Assembly (NCBI GenBank): GCA_002269645.1
Contig: NIVC01002640.1
Coordinates: 89,761-153,760, forward strand
Reading direction: 5' to 3'
Length of the DNA: 64,000 nucleotides
DNA from: Macrostomum lignano
Lineage: Eukaryota
Shown: one piece after another, positions 47,772-58,285 of the stretch
How the letters are laid out: each line of letters opens with the position of its first letter
How positions within the stretch are numbered: the first letter of the stretch is position 1
The notes under the pieces: generated by a model
Databases searched by the model: none
What the model saw: only the letters and a program-made list of their open reading frames with translations
What the model was told of the DNA's origin: nothing
Position numbers and translations under genes: made by a program

Positions 47772-48063
47772 CAGGGGCGTCGCCATGGATTTTATGGCGA
47801 GGGGGTCCAGAGCCAAGAATTCTAAATGTATGTGTACATGACTAATTAAATTCCTACATGTAAATTCTTTTCAGAATCCGTGTTGTAAGCACTCATTTTA
47901 GCGCCGCAGGCACTCATTTTGGTGTCCTGAAGCAAAATTATTGATTTCCATAACGGGTCACAAAGTGGGCTGGGGGACAAAGCACTGGCATTCATGTCCC
48001 CCCATAGATTTTACTGGGGGGGGGACATGTTTCCCCCTCCTCCCCCCGGTGGCGACGCCCCTG
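47772..48063. mobile_element. hAT-type MITE, copy 2 (inverted relative to the 2957 copy)
   Basis: TIRs CAGGGGCGTCGCCA / TGGCGACGCCCCTG, imperfect 8-bp TSD GCTGCAGC/GCTGCAAT; internal sequence is homologous to the reverse complement of copy 1. Confidence 0.85.
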
Positions 48064-48157
48064 GCTGCAATGATATAGTGGCTATTATATAACCACCAGC
48101 TCAACTTTTTTCAAATGAAAATCGCACGCGTTACTACAGGTGCTATACATGTACAGT

Positions 48158-48367
48158 TGTGGTATATGATCCTCTATAGTCTCTCTTTTCTGCCATAGAC
48201 AATTATTTTGTTATGATTCTGCTCTGACACTTTCTTTTAAGTACTAAGCCGCGAGCTGCCTTGAAGTAAATAAAAAAGGGAAAAGGAGAAAGAAATATAC
48301 TCTCGCGCAAACTCTAAAGAGCATTCCTGGAATTCATTACTGAAACCGGATGCTACATTGGCGACGA
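48158..48367 (+). mobile_element. Ty3/Gypsy 5' LTR (about 200 bp, TG...CA) and primer-binding site TGGCGACGA
   Basis: TGTGG...CTACA with AATAAA near 48269. The PBS at 48359-48367 is complementary to a tRNA-Ser-type 3' end and lies just upstream of gag. Confidence 0.65.
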
Positions 48368-48371
48368 AAAT

Positions 48372-48863
48372 ATGACTGCCGCACCCAACACCGCTTCAAG
48401 AATCAGTGCATTCGATACGGTAAGACCAGAGAGATGGTCGGTGTACGAAGAACGGTTGGAGCAATATTTCATTGCCAAAGCCATCATCGATGAAAACATA
48501 AAGAAGGCTGAGCTCATCACAGTGGTAGGTGAAGATTGCTACTGCCTGCTGCGAGATCTGCTGTCTCCAGACCTCCCGAAAAGTAAGTCTTATGACGAGC
48601 TGATAACGGCGCTAAGAAACTATTTCGCACCGAGGCCAAAGAAAGTTGTAGAGCGCTACAATTTCTACAATCGAAATCAACAAGAGGGCGAAGTAATCTC
48701 AGAGTATATAGCAAATTTAAGGAAGCTGGCTGCAACCTGTATGTTTGGGGTCTTTCTGAATGAAGCTATCAGAGATAAGTTTGTTTGCGGATTGCGCAGC
48801 AAGCTCATTCAGCAGCGTCTTCTGCAAGAAGATGACATCGCGCTAGACGAGGCCATCATCTAG
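48372..48863 (+). pseudogene. gag: Ty3/Gypsy gag, truncated
   Basis: FD....W..Y.ERLEQYF...LL..VG...Y..L.DL...SY.EL...L..YF.P...ERY.F..R.Q..GE.I..Y...LRKLA..C.FG.FL..A.RD.FV.GL, a typical Gypsy capsid region; ends abruptly at the junction. Confidence 0.88.
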
Positions 48864-49138
48864 CGCGACTTCTGCCTGTCGGGGGTGCGGCCTGTTGGCG
48901 AGTGGGACGTCCTGGTCGCCTGTTGGCTCGGGCATGCCGGTTGGTTCATCCGGCCGGCTGTTCTGTCCGCTGTCGCGTTCCCCGGGGCCACTCGGCCACT
49001 CGCCTGGGAGACTCGCTTGACGTGGGTGGCGTGCCTGGAGCACCTCTGGCCGCCCCTCTGGAGCTGCAGGGTGTTGCCGTGGACTTTTGTCACGGTCCAT
49101 GGCGAGAAGTAGAAGGCATGAGGGGGCTTCTGGGACAA
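48860..49138 (-). pseudogene. C-terminal tail of a Gypsy pol/integrase in the opposite orientation
   Basis: PWTVTKVHGNTLQLQRGGQRCSRHATHVKRV resembles the GPY/F SH3-like integrase tail, followed by a low-complexity linker and stop. Confidence 0.55.
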
Positions 49139-49149
49139 AATTTTTCACC

Positions 49150-49370
49150 TCCTCCATAATCCACCTAAATCCATCCATATTATCCCTGACAGAATCAGAA
49201 AAAAAGGGGGGGTCGCACTCGCTCCGAAAACGTCCTCCATAATCCACCTAAATCCATCCATATTATCCCCGACAGAATCAGAAAAAAGGGGGGTCGCACT
49301 CGCTCACAAAACGTCCTCCATAATCCCATTAAATCCATCCATATTATCCCTGACAGAATCAGAGCATAAC
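49150..49370. repeat. About 82-bp direct repeats (CCTCCATAATCCACCTAAATCCATCCATATTATCC...), about 2.7 copies
   Basis: Copies start at 49151, 49234 and 49315. Confidence 0.85.
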
Positions 49371-49476
49371 AGGTGTCCTACTTGCTCCGAAAACTTCGAA
49401 CATGATCTGTCACTTTTCATATCTGTTATTTGAGTAACAGATCGCCATCGATGACACACGAGTGTATTTATGTACC

Positions 49477-50041
49477 GTTCAGTAGTATGCTCGAGTAAAA
49501 AGTTTAAAGAAATAATTATCTCGACTTCTAGGAAAAAACCTTTCACCTCCAGTTTAATCAACATAGTTCAGTAGTATGCTCGAGTAAAAAGTTTAAAGAA
49601 ATAATTATCTCGACTTCTAGGAAAAAACCTTTCACCTCCAGTTTAATCAACATAGTTCAGTAGTATGCTCGAGTAAAAAGTTTAAAGAAATAATTATCTC
49701 GACTTCTAGGAAAAAACCTTTCACCTCCAGTTTAATCAACATAGTTCAGTAGTATGCTCGAGTAAAAAGTTTAAAGAAATAATTATCTCGACTTCTAGGA
49801 AAAAACCTTTCACCTCCAGTTTAATCAACATAGTTCAGTAGTATGCTCGAGTAAAAAGTTTAAAGAAATAATTATCTCGACTTCTAGGAAAAAACCTTTC
49901 ACCTCCAGTTTAATCAACATAGTTCAGTAGTATGCTCGAGTAAAAAAGTTTGAAGAAATAATTATCTCGACTTCTAGGAAAAAACCTTTCACCTCCAGTT
50001 TAATCAACATAGTTCAGTAGTATGCTCGAGTAAAAAAGTTA
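49477..50041. repeat. 89-bp tandem array containing AGTAGT, about 6.3 near-identical copies, at the left edge of the Polinton
   Basis: Unit AGTAGTATGCTCGAGTAAAAAGTTTAAAGAAATAATTATCTCGACTTCTAGG... at 89-nt spacing. Confidence 0.95.
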
Positions 50042-50044
50042 CAG

Positions 50045-50677
50045 TTACACTTGTTCTCTGGGGCTCCTGCAGAGAGGACAGGTTTGCTCACCCTGAGCAA
50101 GTGCGGTTGTCAAACACTGGTTGCAGAAGACGCCCCTGCAACATGTAGTAAAAACAGGATCTTGTGGTTCGTGTTGACAATAGGGGCACAGCCCTCCAGA
50201 ATTTGACCAATCCGTAACCATTGGCTCAGCCTTCGGCTGGATCGGTGGTTGTGATGGACCAGGCTGCGACGCGGCCAGTTGGGTTGGCGGTTGAAGCCAT
50301 GTCGTCGGTGGCGGTGGCAAATTTGTTAACGCCGGCGATTCCACAGGCGGATGGTTAGGCAGTGGTGGATCGGCCTCTTGGAAGCGGATATTATCCGCTT
50401 CCTCTTCTTCCGCACGTCTTTCTTGATTGAATCTAGTTTGTGTACGAACGGTTTCTTCTAGATGGTGAAGTTTATTTCGCGAGGATCGATACTCCCGAAG
50501 ACGTTGCAAAAATAGTTCGTTTTCCTTATATTGCGGCTCCTCTTCTTGTAGAAATACTTCTATATTAATCCTTCTGAAGTCAGATTTTCTGTGGCTGGCT
50601 GTGAGGGGTCCTAGTTTACTATTTTGTTTCCGTTTCAATGCAATAACACGTTCCTTGAGAGTCGAAAGAGAAGGCAT
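50045..50677 (-). CDS. RING-finger protein (putative E3 ligase) with a Pro-rich linker, Polinton accessory gene
   Basis: C-terminal CPYC...CCRGVFCNQCL...CPLCR RING-like motif. Confidence 0.75.
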   Translation of the reverse strand: MPSLSTLKERVIALKRKQNSKLGPLTASHRKSDFRRINIEVFLQEEEPQYKENELFLQRLREYRSSRNKLHHLEETVRTQTRFNQERRAEEEEADNIRFQEADPPLPNHPPVESPALTNLPPPPTTWLQPPTQLAASQPGPSQPPIQPKAEPMVTDWSNSGGLCPYCQHEPQDPVFTTCCRGVFCNQCLTTALAQGEQTCPLCRSPREQV

Positions 50678-51037
50678 GTGCCAAGTGTGGCGAGACGTGC
50701 ACAGTTCTTCCTTGAATTTATACGCTCATACTCGTAGGCTATTTTTAGATATTCATACAGTATAGACCAACTAGGCGGGCCACATTCCGAGGCCAAATCG
50801 GCGGGCCGAGGCCAACTCGGCGGGCCAACTGGCCTCGCAATTTGGCCAATAATCAATATCAATCAAGGAGGGAATCTCAACATACACAGTCCATGCATGC
50901 TAATGGCGGCGAAGCGGTTGACTTTTTATTTTCTGCTCTTAGCTCTCTGGAGAATGAGAATCTCTCTTGTGCGCAACTCTTTAGGGAATAAAAAACTGTA
51001 CTTACTCAAATCCACACTTGCTCATGCCCTTCCCGAT

Positions 51038-51538
51038 TCAAGCGCCCCTTTCTACCCCCAGCTCTTTCAGCAGTCTTCCCAATTCATTGTTAGGAGCGCA
51101 CAAAATAAACTCTGCTCCCGTGCGTTCGCCCTCTCTCCCCGTGCACTCGCCCTCTCTCCCCAAACACCCGCCCTCGGCGTACACCCCCAACCCCAGTTTT
51201 GTCTTACTAAAAATAACAGCTTTAACTAGCTTCCGAGCGATCGACTCACGAAATCCGCTTGAAGCCCCTATATTGTCTAGTCTCTTAAGCATTTCTTTGT
51301 CCCAGCGATTCTTCTCCTCAGGAAAATCTCTATATTTAACATCGTGCCACATGCAGACAGAGTCTAGCTCATTCACAGGCTCATGCCCAGGATTTGGATT
51401 ATTGTTTTTATCTAACTGTATTTCAAGAGGATTCAAAGGCCCGCAATATTTATAGCCGGGAAGTGTCCAGCCTTTGTTTGGATGAGGAAGCTTTTCTATC
51501 AGTCCATGTGAATCTATTTTACCACCAGAGCGTTGCAT
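51038..51538 (-). CDS. Parvovirus VP1u-type phospholipase A2 domain protein
   Basis: WTLPGYKYCGP (Ca-binding loop) and NELDSVCMWHDVKY (catalytic HDxxY); KLGLG motif after the domain. Confidence 0.85.
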   Translation of the reverse strand: MQRSGGKIDSHGLIEKLPHPNKGWTLPGYKYCGPLNPLEIQLDKNNNPNPGHEPVNELDSVCMWHDVKYRDFPEEKNRWDKEMLKRLDNIGASSGFRESIARKLVKAVIFSKTKLGLGVYAEGGCLGREGECTGREGERTGAEFILCAPNNELGRLLKELGVERGA

Positions 51539-51568
51539 TATTTTATTTAAAATTTTCTTTTTAAATAA

Positions 51569-52603
51569 ATGACAGATCAGAAACTTAAAAAACTCTACTA
51601 CAGCGACAAAGGATTCTTTGTAGGCAAAAATGCCGTTAGTAAACTCATGGAGCTGAGTAAGGAGCCAAAAGCTACAGTAGAAAATGGCTCTCTAAGCAGG
51701 CTGTCTTTCAAGTCTATTTCCCACCAGTAAAATTTGAAAGGCCCCATTTCAGTATTTATAAACCTAATGATGCGCACCAAGCAGATCTTTTGTTTCTCCC
51801 CAACGACTCAGGCTACAAGTATGCTCTTACAATTACAGACGTTGCCTCCAGATATAAGGAAGCGAGACCGCTTAAGACGAAGAAGTCAGAAGCAGTTGCA
51901 GCCGCCCTCCAAGATATTTATAAAAACTCTCCGCTCACATACCCCCAAATCTTTATGACCGACCCGGGTAAGGAATTCATGGGTGTAGTGAAATCCCTTA
52001 TGGAAAAGAAAAACACAGAGATTCGCTATGGCAGAACTGAGCTCCACAGAGACCAGGCTTTTGTGGAAAGATTCAATCTAACTCTAGCCAAGAGACTATT
52101 CACTAAGCAGACAGCGCAAGAACTCAAACTGAGTGCGGGCAGTACTATACCAAGTGGACAGAAAGACTCCCCACTGTTATAGAGCAACTGAACAATGAAG
52201 TCACACGCATGACTGGATTGAAACCATCCCATGCAATTAAACAAGACACTGTCGAACTTAAGGCATCTCATAGAACAGACAACAACACGACAACCCCACA
52301 CAACACACAAACACAAAACACACCTCGAACTACCCTAAGCTTCCAGGAGTTGAATCACCATACATACTGACAAACTCTGAGTTTCTACGCTTTTTATATC
52401 TACCTGGAGAGCTAGAGAAGGACACCAAAAGAAGAGCTACAGATCCATACTTCAGCCTTGATGTGCATAAAATAGACAGACATTTTACCTCCGACTCCGG
52501 TGACTATTACTTTTTATCTCAAGCCTTTAACCCTAAATCCCCCACGCGGTCATTCACTAGAGCTGAACTCCTAGTGATACCAGCTGACACAGAAATTAAT
52601 TAA
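51569..52603 (+). pseudogene. int: Retroviral-like (rve) integrase, frameshifted
   Basis: Reconstructed MTDQKLKKLYY...HQADLLFL...DVASRYK...TDPGKEF...AFVERFN...RMTGLKP...RRATDP, with the D-D-E triad present; frameshifts near 51685 and 52165 and probably near 52540. Confidence 0.9.
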
Positions 52604-52619
52604 AATATTAAAATAAAAA

Positions 52620-53066
52620 ATGACAAAGATTGAAACCAGAACCATCAATAAACTCAATAAAATCATTGAATCAAAGAAACCAGGTATTATATCAATTAAA
52701 GGTGCCAAAGTAAAAATCGATCCCACGCAGCAAATACTTCAGTGTAATGAGCAAAGACACAGCATCACAGATGAAAAGTCAGGAGGAATCCTACCATTAG
52801 CAGCTCTTATTCCGATCATTGCAGGCGCTGTAAGTGCCGCAGGTGGTGTAGCTGGAGGTGTAGCAACTGCTGTTAAAGCTGGGAATGATAGAGCCCACCA
52901 GCTGGAATTGCAAAAGATTGCAAGAGACAAAGGTATAACAATTAAGGCAGGAGAGGGCTGCCCCGATCGTGATGATTGTGAGAATGAAAATTCTGTAAGC
53001 AAGTCTGACATTGTCAAAGCAATCATGACACTGCACAATGCTGGGTTTACAATAATGCGCATGTGA
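52620..53066 (+). CDS. Adenovirus pX(mu)-like core or membrane-active precursor protein
   Basis: SGG-ILPLAALIPIIAGAVSAAGGVAGG resembles the adenoviral pX GG-ILPLLIPLIAAAIGA segment after a protease site. Confidence 0.6.
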   Translation: MTKIETRTINKLNKIIESKKPGIISIKGAKVKIDPTQQILQCNEQRHSITDEKSGGILPLAALIPIIAGAVSAAGGVAGGVATAVKAGNDRAHQLELQKIARDKGITIKAGEGCPDRDDCENENSVSKSDIVKAIMTLHNAGFTIMRM

Positions 53067-53190
53067 TGAGGTTTTAAACCCCACTTTATCCAGCTTCATA
53101 AACCTAGCGCTACTTATAGGATGTAGAAACAGTTCAACTTTTCTATCAGGGTGGTCACCCTCAAAAATTTGTTTTATTTTAGAGAAAAAA

Positions 53191-56100
53191 ATGCCAAAAG
53201 CTAATCCAGCAAAAGATTTAGTCAACAAACATTTTTCAAAAGGCGTCTCATTTCAAGACAAAAGTAATTTACTAAGAGAAGCATGTAAACAAAAGTTTAA
53301 CACCGACCCCGGTCACCTGGGAAGCTATGAAAAACAGTTGGAAATCATCAACCAATTAGAATCCAACCAGTATGTGCCTATACAAAATCCTACAAAAGAA
53401 CACCAAAAGAGGAGTCGCAACTTAGTTAACAAATACGAAACTCTCACTGGTGAAAAAGCAAAGTACCCACAAAATAAGCAGGAACAAGAGAAATTAGAGC
53501 AATTAATCCATTTAAAAGAGTCGGAGCTTGCCACTGAAGAGATTAATTTTGCACAGAGGAAGTTTACAGAACATTACATAGAGTACACAATCCCAATTAA
53601 CGGCACCAACGGTACCACCGCAAACATCTACGACTATAAAGACAGCATCCAATCAGTTGTTGATCACACACTCAAAACACGCAAGACTTTTAAACTACAG
53701 ATATCATTCAAGATTGCGTTTTATATGCCTGCAAAACCCACTGAGCATCTCGAGTATTACTGTATTACATGACAACAAAGGCAAAGCCATTCACCCCAAC
53801 AGACACACTGGATCCTTTCCTTCAAGATGTCAATAAGAAAATTGAAGCGTTTACATCCAGAGGTTCCGGATGGGTCGTGGGAGGGATTCAAAGAGCGACT
53901 GTCATGGTCATGAAATATGACCCACTTAAAGCCTCCTCTTATATAGAGCTCCCACACAAGCTAGCCGGCAAAAAAGCTTGCATAAATGTTAAAAATAAAG
54001 ACAATTGCTGTGCTCTATGGGCAGTTCTTTCTGCACTTCTTTATGATAGTGTCCCTCACCACCCCGAAAGAACCTCAAATTATCAAAATTATTTCAACTA
54101 CTATCTCATCGAATGCGAAAAGAAGGGAATCAGGTTTGACAAAGGAGGCTTGGCAATCTCTCAGATCCCAAAGCTAGAAGAAGTGTTTAATAACAAAATT
54201 AGAATCACAGTCTTTGAGTGGAGTGAGAAAACTGAAAAAGTTCAACCGGTCAGATGTAGCAAAGACGTTTTAGATCCTGAGGGGAAAAGGCGGACTGAAG
54301 TGGATCTTCTAGTGATTGGTAATTTACTAGAGGAGGCTCACTATGTTTGGTTAAAGATCTTTCAAGACTCATTCACAAGCAGTTGAATAATCATCACGAG
54401 GCTGTTGCCATCTGCCGCTTGTGCCTTAAGCATTACAGTGGACCTGAACGCTTTGAAAAGCTAACAGAGCATGAATTATCATGCGAGGATCACCCGACAA
54501 ACTGCTCTCTTCCTTCAGCTGAAGAGAAGTATCTCCGGTTTAAGAACTATCACAAGATGGAGAAGCTCCCATTTGTTGTATATGCTGATTTTGAATGCTC
54601 AATCGTGCCGGAAACACAAAAACAAACTCAAACTCAAAAACATGTCCCCAATTCAGTAGCATATGCCTTTATTACTACAAAAGGACTTGTTGAGTCTAAT
54701 TATTTCTTTGGAGAGCAGTGTGTGGAGCAGTTTATTGCCAGAATGTTAGAGTTGCAAAGAGTGATTAGCACCCTTCAACCTATTCCAATAAGTATGTCTG
54801 AGGAGGATGAAAGCAATTTCCTATCAGCAACTCATTGCCACATCTGCAGGAAACATTTAACTTGCACTAATATTAAAAACCCCACCGTTAGGGACCACTG
54901 CCACTTTACTGGGAAATTTAGAGGTGCAGCGCATAACACCTGTAATCTAAAGCTAAAATCGAACATTCATGATCTAACGATATTTTGTCACAACGCAAAG
55001 AACTATGACATGCATTTAATAGTTGAAAAAATCGGCATGATTCCAGACATACACCTTGACTGCATCGCAGAGAACAAGGAGAAGTTTAAGTGTGTTGATA
55101 TTAAACAGGATAATTCGGGTAAAGGTGAAGGTTCGGGTACAGGTAAAATAAGACTGAAGGATTCATATCAATTTCTAGCTGCCAGTCTAGACGAACTAAG
55201 CAAGAATCTAAAAGATGAACAATGTACATATACAAAGATGTTTGCAAGTAAAATTACAACAGTGATGAATCATTTAAACTCCTGAGAACCAAAGGCTTCT
55301 ACCCCTATGAAAATATTACTGGGTATCACGTATTTGAAGAAGGTTTACCACCACAAGAAAAGTTCTTTTCAAAGCTAACAGACTCTGGAATCTCTGACAA
55401 AGACTATGAGCACGCGAAGCATGTCTATAATTACTTTAATTGTCAAAACTTCTTCCAGTATCACCTGCTTTACCTCTACACAGATGTGTTTCTGCTGGCC
55501 GATGTGTTTGAAACCTTCAGATACACCTGGTACACAGCATATGGCCTCGATCCAGCACATTATGTGTCTCTGCCTGCCACTAGCTGGGAATCTTTGCTTA
55601 AAATGAAATGGGATCAAGATCCAGATTGGTACATTGAACTTCTTACAGACATTGACATGTACAATTTTGTCGAATCGTCAAAGCGAGGGGGATCTCAATT
55701 TGTGTTAACAGGTATGCAAAAGCAAACAATCCCTACATTGATCTTACAATAAGGAGCAGCCCTCAAACTACATTACTTACTTGGACGCTAATAATCTCTA
55801 CGGGTGGGCGATGAGTCAAGATCTTCCAGTTAGAGATTTTCGATGGCTACCCTCATCAGAACTAAAGTGGGACTTTTCATTGGCTGCCATTTATGAGGTT
55901 GATGTTTACATTCCACCAGAGCTTCACGACTATTTCTGACTTTCCACCCTTCCCAGAGAACATCAAGTGCCCGAAAATAATCGAAACTCCCAATGATAAT
56001 AATGGAACTTGGCACCTGTCAGGAACAGAAAAAGAACATACAGAGAAACTAACACAGAATCTAAACAACAAGACACGTTACAAAATCCATTACAAACTGC

Positions 56101-57040
56101 TTCAGTATTTTATCTCACTTGGTTGCAGGGTCACCAAAGTTCACAGGGCTCTTACATTTACAGAGGAAGCGTGGATGAAACCCTACATTGATAAGAATAC
56201 CCAGTTTAGGACCAAAGCAACCAACGACTTTGACAAGAACCTCTTTAAGTTGGCCAACAACTCTGTCTATGGCAAGACTCTTGAGAATGAGCGGAAAAGA
56301 ACAAACCTGAAACTTGTTACCTCATCAGAGCCTGCTGTTATTCAGGCAAATATGTCAAAGCCAACATTCAAAGAACTCCATATCTTTAATAGCTACTTAG
56401 GTGTGATCATATTTTACAAAACCAAGGTGACGCTGCGCAAGCCGATCTATACAGGTGTCACTGTTCTCGACGAATCAAAACGTCTGATGTACCAGTTCTT
56501 CTATGGCATGAAGCAGCAGTACAAGGATAAAATGAAACTCTTGTACACTGACACAGACAGTTTTATTATGGACATTCAAACAGAAGACATTTATCAGGAC
56601 ATGCTGCAGCAAAAAGATTTGTTTGACTTGTCTGAGTATGATGAATCTTTCAGGACACAGAATGGCGATCAAGTGTTTGACGCCACTAACAAGAAAGTGA
56701 TTGGGAAAATGAAGGACGAGATTGCTGGTGACATAATCACTGAATTCATTGGGTTGAGAGCAAAGTCCTATTTTATAAAATGTGAGTCGTCAGACCCAAT
56801 AAAAAATCAAAGGGAATTCCGAAACGTGTAGTTAGGAAGGAAATTAATGAAGCTGAATACAGAGACGCCTTGAATTGCAACAAAAAGACATCACATGAGT
56901 TCTCAAAGCTACAATCTAAAAACCATATTATTCACACAATTCAGCAAAAGAAGATTGGACTGTCAGGTGCAGATAACAAGAGATTCATTTTTGATGACAA
57001 TATTAACAGTCTACCGTTCGGGCATTGGAGATTAGGTTAG
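53191..57040 (+). pseudogene. polB: Protein-primed family B DNA polymerase with an endonuclease VII-like insertion, multiply frameshifted
   Basis: YADFEC (ExoI), HNAKNYD (ExoII), DSYQFL, KGFYPYE, YLDANNLYGWAMSQ (motif A), KLANNSVYGKT (B), YTDTDS (C), GLRAKSY, DNKRF; also CHIC...VRDHCHFTGKFRGAAHNTCNL. At least 6 frame breaks. Confidence 0.95.
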
Positions 57041-57104
57041 GAGTTGGGTTTAGGAGGTGGAGATAGGTTTAGGTTTAAGAGAAAGTTTAATAAAACTCAA
57101 AAAA

Positions 57105-57454
57105 ATGACGACAAATAACTTTCTTGAAGATTTGGCTAACGAACTGGAAATCCCAAACTTTAGAGGAATATTTATGAGGGACACTCTGCCTGATTTTCCT
57201 CTAAGAAAGGAATGCGGCATCATGAACTTTGACACCACCGATAAGCCAGGATCTCATTGGGTTTGCTGGGTGATTGATCCCGATCGCAAGCACAAGTGTT
57301 ATTACTTCGATAGCTATGGGACGGCAGTACCAGAAGAGCTAAGAAATTATATGAAGGGAAAAAAAATAAAAAAATTTATCGCTCAGACTTTATTCTCCAA
57401 GGTCTTAGCAGTGATATTTGCGGTGAGCTGTGCATGACTGTTTTGTTGCAATGA
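57105..57454 (+). pseudogene. Adenain-like cysteine protease (virion maturation), one frameshift in an A-run
   Basis: F.GIFMRD...GSHW...YFDSYG and, after a shift near 57370, ILQGLSSDICGELC, giving the H/D/Q/C catalytic set. Confidence 0.9.
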
Positions 57455-57508
57455 CCAAAACACGAAAGACCTACAAGGAAATTATTCGTACCTGTGTTTC
57501 ATAGGGGT

Positions 57509-58235
57509 TCATTGTGCATTTCTCGTCGTCCTTCTTACCGAATTTCTCGTTGTCCTTCTTTCCGCATAATGTTGAAGAACTTTCTCGAGTTCATTTCTCA
57601 GCTGACTCATGTCATCAGTACCGACCATGTTCAAGTTCATTCGAATTGATTGTTCATAAAGATCCTGAATGGTTTTGAACTCATCCTCTGAAATGAACTT
57701 ATCCTCGATTGCCCTTGAAATGTACCCTATGATTGAAGTGTGCACCCCTTTCTCTTTTACTTGCTTCTCCTGTAGCTGTTTTAGTTTTTTTCGCCTGTTT
57801 CGCGCTAATGCTCCAGTAATTGCTGAAATAAGTCCACATGCAGCACCCACAGAGCCGAGTGGGATTGCGATTGGGGCTGTGATGACTGGCAACGTGAGAC
57901 AGCTGCAGCAGATCCAGATAGAACAGACACAGATCCTAGAATCATATTGCTGTAGTCGAAAAATTTACAGTGGCTGTCATAGCGCTTAATTTTCTTTGTG
58001 TTGTGGAAAATATTTTTTTCAAGATCATCTCGCATTTTTTGAATCTCCACCAGTCGAAACTGCTGAGAGTTACAAGTAATGACGGGGTAGAGTTTTTGTT
58101 GCTCATATTGAGGTGCATTCAGATTCGGTGCATTCAGGCTTTGTGTGTTCGAATTCGGTGCCATTGGTTTGGTGCTGTCGGTATTTTAGGTTCAACGTAT
58201 TGAGACTGATCGTATAGAGAATTTTGTTGGGCCAT
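57509..58235 (-). pseudogene. Conserved Polinton membrane protein (FRL..I... helical region plus two hydrophobic helices), two frameshifts
   Basis: Reconstructed MAQQ...KIPTAPNQ...KLYPVI...QQFRLVEIQKMRDDLE...FDY.NMILG..S..SG...LTLPVITAPIAIPLG...G.I..AI.D..IS.DEF, a pattern I recognise from animal Mavericks/adintoviruses. Confidence 0.7.
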
Positions 58236-58285
58236 TTTTTCCCTAGAAAAAATAAAAAAATTACAAAACTATCCGGTTTGAAGAT

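Noticed and set aside
49477-50041. Regular repeat arrays (here and elsewhere) as CRISPR-like
   Set aside because: The units are contiguous with no unique spacers, there are no cas genes, and the context is eukaryotic.
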